DNA of 64,000 nucleotides from a virus (Duplodnaviria; Heunggongvirae; Uroviricota; Caudoviricetes): IMG/VR virus record IMGVR_UViG_3300031419_000581; one strand, 5' to 3'. Shown piece by piece: positions 59,291 to 64,000 of this stretch (position 1 is its first letter; each line of letters starts with the position of its first letter). The notes under the pieces were generated by a model. It saw only the letters and a program-made list of their open reading frames with translations, ran no database searches and was not told where the DNA came from. The position numbers and the translations under genes were made by a program.

Positions 59291-60997
59291 GTGATAAAAG
59301 TGGATACTATTTTAATTTTATTTAGTGCGGTAGCACTTCTAGTTTTGGGGGCAAAAAACGTACAAAAAGGCGTTTTAAGAGCGTTTGGTGAATCCCTGCG
59401 TCGTTTATTGTCAAAAACTGTGTCTAAAAAACACAAGGCTTTTATTGGTGGCGCGTTAACAACCTGTTTGACACAAAGCAGTAATGCAACAACTATGATG
59501 GCAAATTCATTTGCAGCACAAGGTTTGCTGAAAATGGAAGGTGCAATGGCAATTGCTTTGGGGGCAGACGCAGGTTCTGCTTTAATGACAAAAATTTTAA
59601 CTATGGATCTAAGTTGGGTAGGTCCCGGTATGTTAATAACTGGCGTATGGCTGATTAACAAAAAGTCAAAAGGTCGTGGTGCAGATATAGGTCTTGCCTT
59701 AACAGGCTTAGGTCTTATGTTACTTGCATTAAAAATGATTATTCAAACTGCTGAACCTATTTTTGAAGCCTCTCTTGCCCGTGAATTATTACAGGCTATG
59801 ACCGCCGATACTGGTTTGAATATTCTTATGGGCGCTGGTCTTGCTATGGTGTCTTATTCAAGTCTTGCCGCAACCTTATTGACTGCCACGCTTGCTTCTA
59901 CTGGTGCGATACCTCTTGACTCAGCTCTTGAAATCGCCATAGGTGGCACTATCGGTAGTGGTGTATTAGGCATGGTAAATGGAAATTCGGCTGGTGGCGC
60001 GAGTAAACAATCTGCAATTGGTGGCTTCCTGTTTAAATTATCAGGAGGACTTCTGGTATTGCCTTTTGTAGGTGTCATAGGTAAAGAGTTTATGAAATTT
60101 GGCATGAAACCCCTGGAGATTGTGGTCAACTTCCACCTTGCGTGGAATCTGGTAAGAACCATTATTCAGCTTTATTTCGTTCCTATTATGGCAAAACTTA
60201 TGAATAAAATGGTTCCTTTGCCAGAAAAAGAAGAAGATCCGGCTCAGCCTAAATATCTGAACAATAGTGGTATTGATACTCCCTCTCTTGCTTTGACCAA
60301 TGCCGCACGTGAAACAGTAAGAATGAGTGATTATGTAAATGATATGGTGAAAGGAATGCCTGTATTATTTAGTGATAATGGTAATTATATACATGCTGAA
60401 AATTTGAGAACAATTGACCATATTGTTGACAAGTTATACTCTCATATTTATAAACATCTTTTATCTTTGACCGGATTAGAAAGTAAAGATACTTTCAGAT
60501 GGACACAAGTAATGCAATGGGCAATGAGTCTGGAACAAATTGGAGATATTTTATCCGTTATTATCAAAAAAATCAAAACAGAAAAACTGGACAGAAAAGT
60601 AAACTTTTCAAATGAAGGTAAAAAAGAACTTAATACTATCTGGTATGAAATTGAAAACTCATTAAATATTGCAACTGCTTTATTTGTTGAACCTAACTCT
60701 AAAACGATAAGTAGTCTTATTAAGCAAAAAGAAATTGTTCGTGATTTAGAAGAAAAATATTCTAATGCACACCTTATGCGAGTTCAGAGGAGAACAGCTC
60801 CAAGTATTGAAACAAGTTCATTACATATGGATTTATTAAATGAATTTAAACGACTTCATTCGTTAATCTGCTCGATTGCGTTTCAATATGATAAAGAATC
60901 GGATTCTGCTTCTGTATTTTCTCGTACCGATTTGGAAGAAATGAAAACTGAAAAGCAAGAATCAGAAGCATCTAAAAAAGAAGAAAAAACTGTTTAA
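59291..60997 (+). CDS. yjbB: Na+/phosphate cotransporter-family protein with a C-terminal PhoU-like domain (YjbB-like)
   Basis: GTG start. Repeated Na_Pi_cotrans motifs (GGALTTCLTQSSNATT; GGTIGSGVL) and a C-terminal soluble domain. Confidence 0.75.
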   Translation: MIKVDTILILFSAVALLVLGAKNVQKGVLRAFGESLRRLLSKTVSKKHKAFIGGALTTCLTQSSNATTMMANSFAAQGLLKMEGAMAIALGADAGSALMTKILTMDLSWVGPGMLITGVWLINKKSKGRGADIGLALTGLGLMLLALKMIIQTAEPIFEASLARELLQAMTADTGLNILMGAGLAMVSYSSLAATLLTATLASTGAIPLDSALEIAIGGTIGSGVLGMVNGNSAGGASKQSAIGGFLFKLSGGLLVLPFVGVIGKEFMKFGMKPLEIVVNFHLAWNLVRTIIQLYFVPIMAKLMNKMVPLPEKEEDPAQPKYLNNSGIDTPSLALTNAARETVRMSDYVNDMVKGMPVLFSDNGNYIHAENLRTIDHIVDKLYSHIYKHLLSLTGLESKDTFRWTQVMQWAMSLEQIGDILSVIIKKIKTEKLDRKVNFSNEGKKELNTIWYEIENSLNIATALFVEPNSKTISSLIKQKEIVRDLEEKYSNAHLMRVQRRTAPSIETSSLHMDLLNEFKRLHSLICSIAFQYDKESDSASVFSRTDLEEMKTEKQESEASKKEEKTV

Positions 60998-61057
60998 AAA
61001 AGCTATACTTTTATAAGAATCCATATTATAAAAAAGAATAAGAATAGTGGAGAAAAT

Positions 61058-62563
61058 ATGTATAATCAAGAAAGTAGTATGGAAGATTTTCTTACCTCTG
61101 CCCTAAAAGATGCTAAATTGTTTTTAAGCAGCAAAAAAACATTTAGTATAGAAGAAGTATCAGAAAATGCATTACTACAAAAAGCGTTATGTAAAATTAT
61201 CGTAGACTACTGGAAAAATCCAAAAGCTCAGGAGAATTTCATGATCCTGTTCGTTGAGCTGCCAGAAGAAATAGCTTTTGATATGCTGTCTTCAATAGCA
61301 GAGCTTATCAACGAAAAGGATTCTGAAATAACAGAAGAAGATAAAAAAGAATGGTGCAATCGTGTTACGAAAAAGCTATCAAAAAATATGGATATCGTAT
61401 CTTTGTCCGATTATACGCAAGCTTTATATCTTATTCTGAATGGTGAAGATATAAGTAATTTTGACTATGGCAATGAATTTAGTGATTCAGATGATGTTTA
61501 TGATATGGATAACGAAGACGAAAATGATGAAGATATTTCTGACCAACAGGACGAATATATAGACGAAGAATACCAGGAAGAAGAAGAAAACTATAATAAC
61601 AGAAATGATCGTTATAGGAAAAATGATTCTGACGATGAAAAAACATTATCAGTTATCGAGAAAAAATTATTTCCAAGGGAAAGGCGTGAGTCTGCAATGG
61701 TTGAAGAAAAAATAGATATGAATCCGACCTCTCTTGCAACGCTTGTTTTATCAGGTAAACATCCTAACAGAGCAACGCAAATGTTTATGATTAAAAATAA
61801 AAGTTTTGCGAAGGCATACGCTAACGCATTATCTTTGCAAACAGTCATTACTGATTTACAATCATCTACAAAAGTTCAGGAACGTTTCATGTCAGGTCTT
61901 GAATGGCTTGAGGATGATATTTTTCAACATGCCTGGCAAGCCTTGTTTAACAGAAGGCAGGAACTTTCACCTAATTGGTCAGAAAAAAGCAGACAAGACT
62001 GGATAAAAGCGATTGAAAGACAGCGCTACTCAAAAGAAAAATCATTGTTTATTTTTTCTGTTTTAGGCTGGAAAAAACAAGCTGAAAAACCAAAAGAACC
62101 TATCGCTGTAGAAGAGCCTGAAAAACCGAATCCATACTCACGTATAAGTAAATACTATTATGAAAATGGTAAATTCGAGGACGGTGCTTTTGATGAAAAA
62201 ATTGATGAAGAAGGAATGTTGTTATATGCAAAAGCACTTGCAGTGGATGCTTACCCTCACTGGAACAATCCAGAAAAAGATACTTTAGAATTGTATTCGG
62301 AAGCAGTAAGATTTTTGGATATAGCTCCTTTTGAAATTGCTATTCAGACACTTGTAGAGACGTTTGAAAAAAATAAGAATACGTTAACGCTTGATAAAAA
62401 GAAAGAAATATCTTATGCCGTATTACAAAAACTTGCAGATTCTGGTAATTCAGAATATGACAACTATCGCGAGACATTAATAAATGCTATTTCCGGTTAT
62501 AATAAAATGATGGCAAATCAGAAGAAAGAAGAAAAAAACAATACAGAAGACGAGAGTAAATAG
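61058..62563 (+). CDS. Acidic hypothetical protein, 501 aa
   Basis: Poly-acidic stretch (DSDDVYDMDNEDENDEDISDQQDEYIDEEYQEEEEN). Confidence 0.55.
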   Translation: MYNQESSMEDFLTSALKDAKLFLSSKKTFSIEEVSENALLQKALCKIIVDYWKNPKAQENFMILFVELPEEIAFDMLSSIAELINEKDSEITEEDKKEWCNRVTKKLSKNMDIVSLSDYTQALYLILNGEDISNFDYGNEFSDSDDVYDMDNEDENDEDISDQQDEYIDEEYQEEEENYNNRNDRYRKNDSDDEKTLSVIEKKLFPRERRESAMVEEKIDMNPTSLATLVLSGKHPNRATQMFMIKNKSFAKAYANALSLQTVITDLQSSTKVQERFMSGLEWLEDDIFQHAWQALFNRRQELSPNWSEKSRQDWIKAIERQRYSKEKSLFIFSVLGWKKQAEKPKEPIAVEEPEKPNPYSRISKYYYENGKFEDGAFDEKIDEEGMLLYAKALAVDAYPHWNNPEKDTLELYSEAVRFLDIAPFEIAIQTLVETFEKNKNTLTLDKKKEISYAVLQKLADSGNSEYDNYRETLINAISGYNKMMANQKKEEKNNTEDESK

Positions 62564-62590
62564 GTATCTTTTTCTGAATAGAGGTTTAAT

Positions 62591-63217
62591 GTGAAAATAA
62601 AAAATTTGGTTGAAGAAGAAATTTTTAAAATTGAACCAGGAAAAATTTTCACGTATAAAGAGCTGAATACCTATTTATCAAATCCAGCAACCACACTAAA
62701 AGTTGTTGGACTTTTAGTAAAAAGAAAAGAAATTAAAAGATTTATCCCTGGTCAATTTTATCGACCAAAAAAAGGAATTTTTGGAGAATTACATTTAAGC
62801 GATGCTGAAAAAATAAGGAGTTTTACTTATCTTAATGGTGAATTAAAAGGTTATGTGACTGGGATGGCTCTTTATAATAGTTTATGCCTGACTACACAGG
62901 TGCCAAAAACTATAATCATTGCAAGCAATAAAACCTCTAAAATAAAAAATTTTGGCACAATAAATATAAAATTAATAAAATCCAGATGCATAATTTCAGA
63001 ATTCAACCGTGAATACTTAGAGATTCTGGATTTTATTTCAGACGTTAACAAAATACCAGAAGCCACTTCCAACGATATAATAGAAATACTCGCTAAGAAA
63101 ATAAAAAATAACGAAGAAAATGTATATCAATTGGTCAATCTTTCTCTTTCCTATTCTCGTTTGACACAAAAGCGATTAAAAATGTTATTAGAAGAGATAA
63201 ATTCAAGAAATATATAA
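62591..63217 (+). CDS. Hypothetical protein, 208 aa
   Basis: ORF with a GTG start. Confidence 0.45.
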   Translation: MKIKNLVEEEIFKIEPGKIFTYKELNTYLSNPATTLKVVGLLVKRKEIKRFIPGQFYRPKKGIFGELHLSDAEKIRSFTYLNGELKGYVTGMALYNSLCLTTQVPKTIIIASNKTSKIKNFGTINIKLIKSRCIISEFNREYLEILDFISDVNKIPEATSNDIIEILAKKIKNNEENVYQLVNLSLSYSRLTQKRLKMLLEEINSRNI

Positions 63218-63334
63218 AAAAGGAAATTTTGCAGAGATTTCGTAATAAAAAGTAAAGATAAGAAACAATGCTTGCAGAAAATCACAAAATACATTATTAT
63301 CACTTTAAGTTATTAATTATATGAGGATAAAAAT

Positions 63335-64000
63335 ATGTCTCGTGATCTTTATGCTAATGCTACTCGAAGCGTTACACAAAACAAAGTGTTGAAGAATACG
63401 TATATGCTTCTTGCCGTATCGATGGTTCCAACAATTTTGGGTGCTTTTACCGGTTTGCAGACAGGAATTTATTCTGTTTTTGCGACAAGCCCTCTTATTT
63501 CTATGATTGCATTCTTCGTTATTGCATATGGTTTTATCGCTGCGATTTCTAAAAATGCTAACAGTGGATTGGGTGTTGGACTTATGCTGGGCTTCACGTT
63601 CTTTATGGGACTAATGTTGTCAGGTATGCTGGCATCGGTTCTCAGTCAGGCAAATGGTTCGCAGATTATTATGGCAGCAGCCGGTGGTACTGCGACAATT
63701 TTTGTAGGCATGTCATTCCTGGCAACGGTTATTAAGAAAGATCTGTCTGCATGGTCAAACTTTCTTGTAATGGGCGTAGTGTTGCTTATTGTAGCCTGTG
63801 TTGCAAATATTTGGTTAAAATTACCTATGTTGTCTTTGGCAATCTCTTATATCGCAACATTGATTTTCTCAGTATTTTTGATTATTGATACACAGAGAAT
63901 CATTAATGGTGGTGAAACTAACTATGTACGAGCAACACTGAGTATTTATATTAACCTTTACAATATCTTTTCGAGTTTATTAAATATTTTCAGAAGTTAA
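63335..64000 (+). CDS. yccA: Bax-inhibitor-1/YccA-family membrane protein (FtsH modulator)
   Basis: Aligns along its whole length with E. coli YccA (VLKNTY...GGETNYVRATLSIYINLYNIF); the stop is at 63998-64000. Confidence 0.85.
   Translation: MSRDLYANATRSVTQNKVLKNTYMLLAVSMVPTILGAFTGLQTGIYSVFATSPLISMIAFFVIAYGFIAAISKNANSGLGVGLMLGFTFFMGLMLSGMLASVLSQANGSQIIMAAAGGTATIFVGMSFLATVIKKDLSAWSNFLVMGVVLLIVACVANIWLKLPMLSLAISYIATLIFSVFLIIDTQRIINGGETNYVRATLSIYINLYNIFSSLLNIFRS

Noticed and set aside
1-64000. CRISPR arrays, IS elements, integrases and phage genes
   Set aside because: There are no direct-repeat/spacer arrays, no transposase or integrase-like ORFs, and no tRNA-adjacent islands. The tail-family genes are interspersed with core genes rather than forming one mobile island.

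Overview
The window is AT-rich (roughly 30% GC by eye), gene-dense bacterial chromosome. The recognisable housekeeping genes look gammaproteobacterial, with E. coli-like products: ClpP, ClpB, an FtsH-family protease, BaeS/BaeR with Spy/CpxP-like LTXXQ proteins, Tdk, an A-type Fe-S carrier, a YjbB-like Na/Pi cotransporter, YccA and an SPFH protein. There is also a SUV3-family helicase and a C5-cytosine methyltransferase that closely resembles M.HhaI. I found no rRNA, tRNA, CRISPR array, transposase or integrase. Most genes are bounded by clean rho-independent terminators. The main finding is a family of about 21 hypothetical proteins of 150-570 aa that lack signal peptides and are interspersed among the housekeeping genes. 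Several carry ankyrin-like repeats. Every one ends in a basic, polar tail with the C-terminal tripeptide x-Arg-[Leu/Ile/Met]: NRL, SRL, NRI, SRI, KRI, ARL, TRL, PRI, NRM, VRI or RRL. None of the recognisable housekeeping proteins has this ending. Some members form translationally coupled pairs or tandem paralogues. This looks like a large, undescribed C-terminally tagged effector-like repertoire, possibly exported or host-targeted. Secondary items are listed in the findings: an unknown 971-aa protein with a HerA/FtsK-like ATPase; a RelE/ParE-fold toxin with a tiny acidic upstream ORF; an orphan M.HhaI-like methyltransferase; a tail-family gene fused to the front of baeSR; sigma32-type promoters at clpB and far upstream of clpP; and a 600-bp GC-richer noncoding region upstream of clpP.
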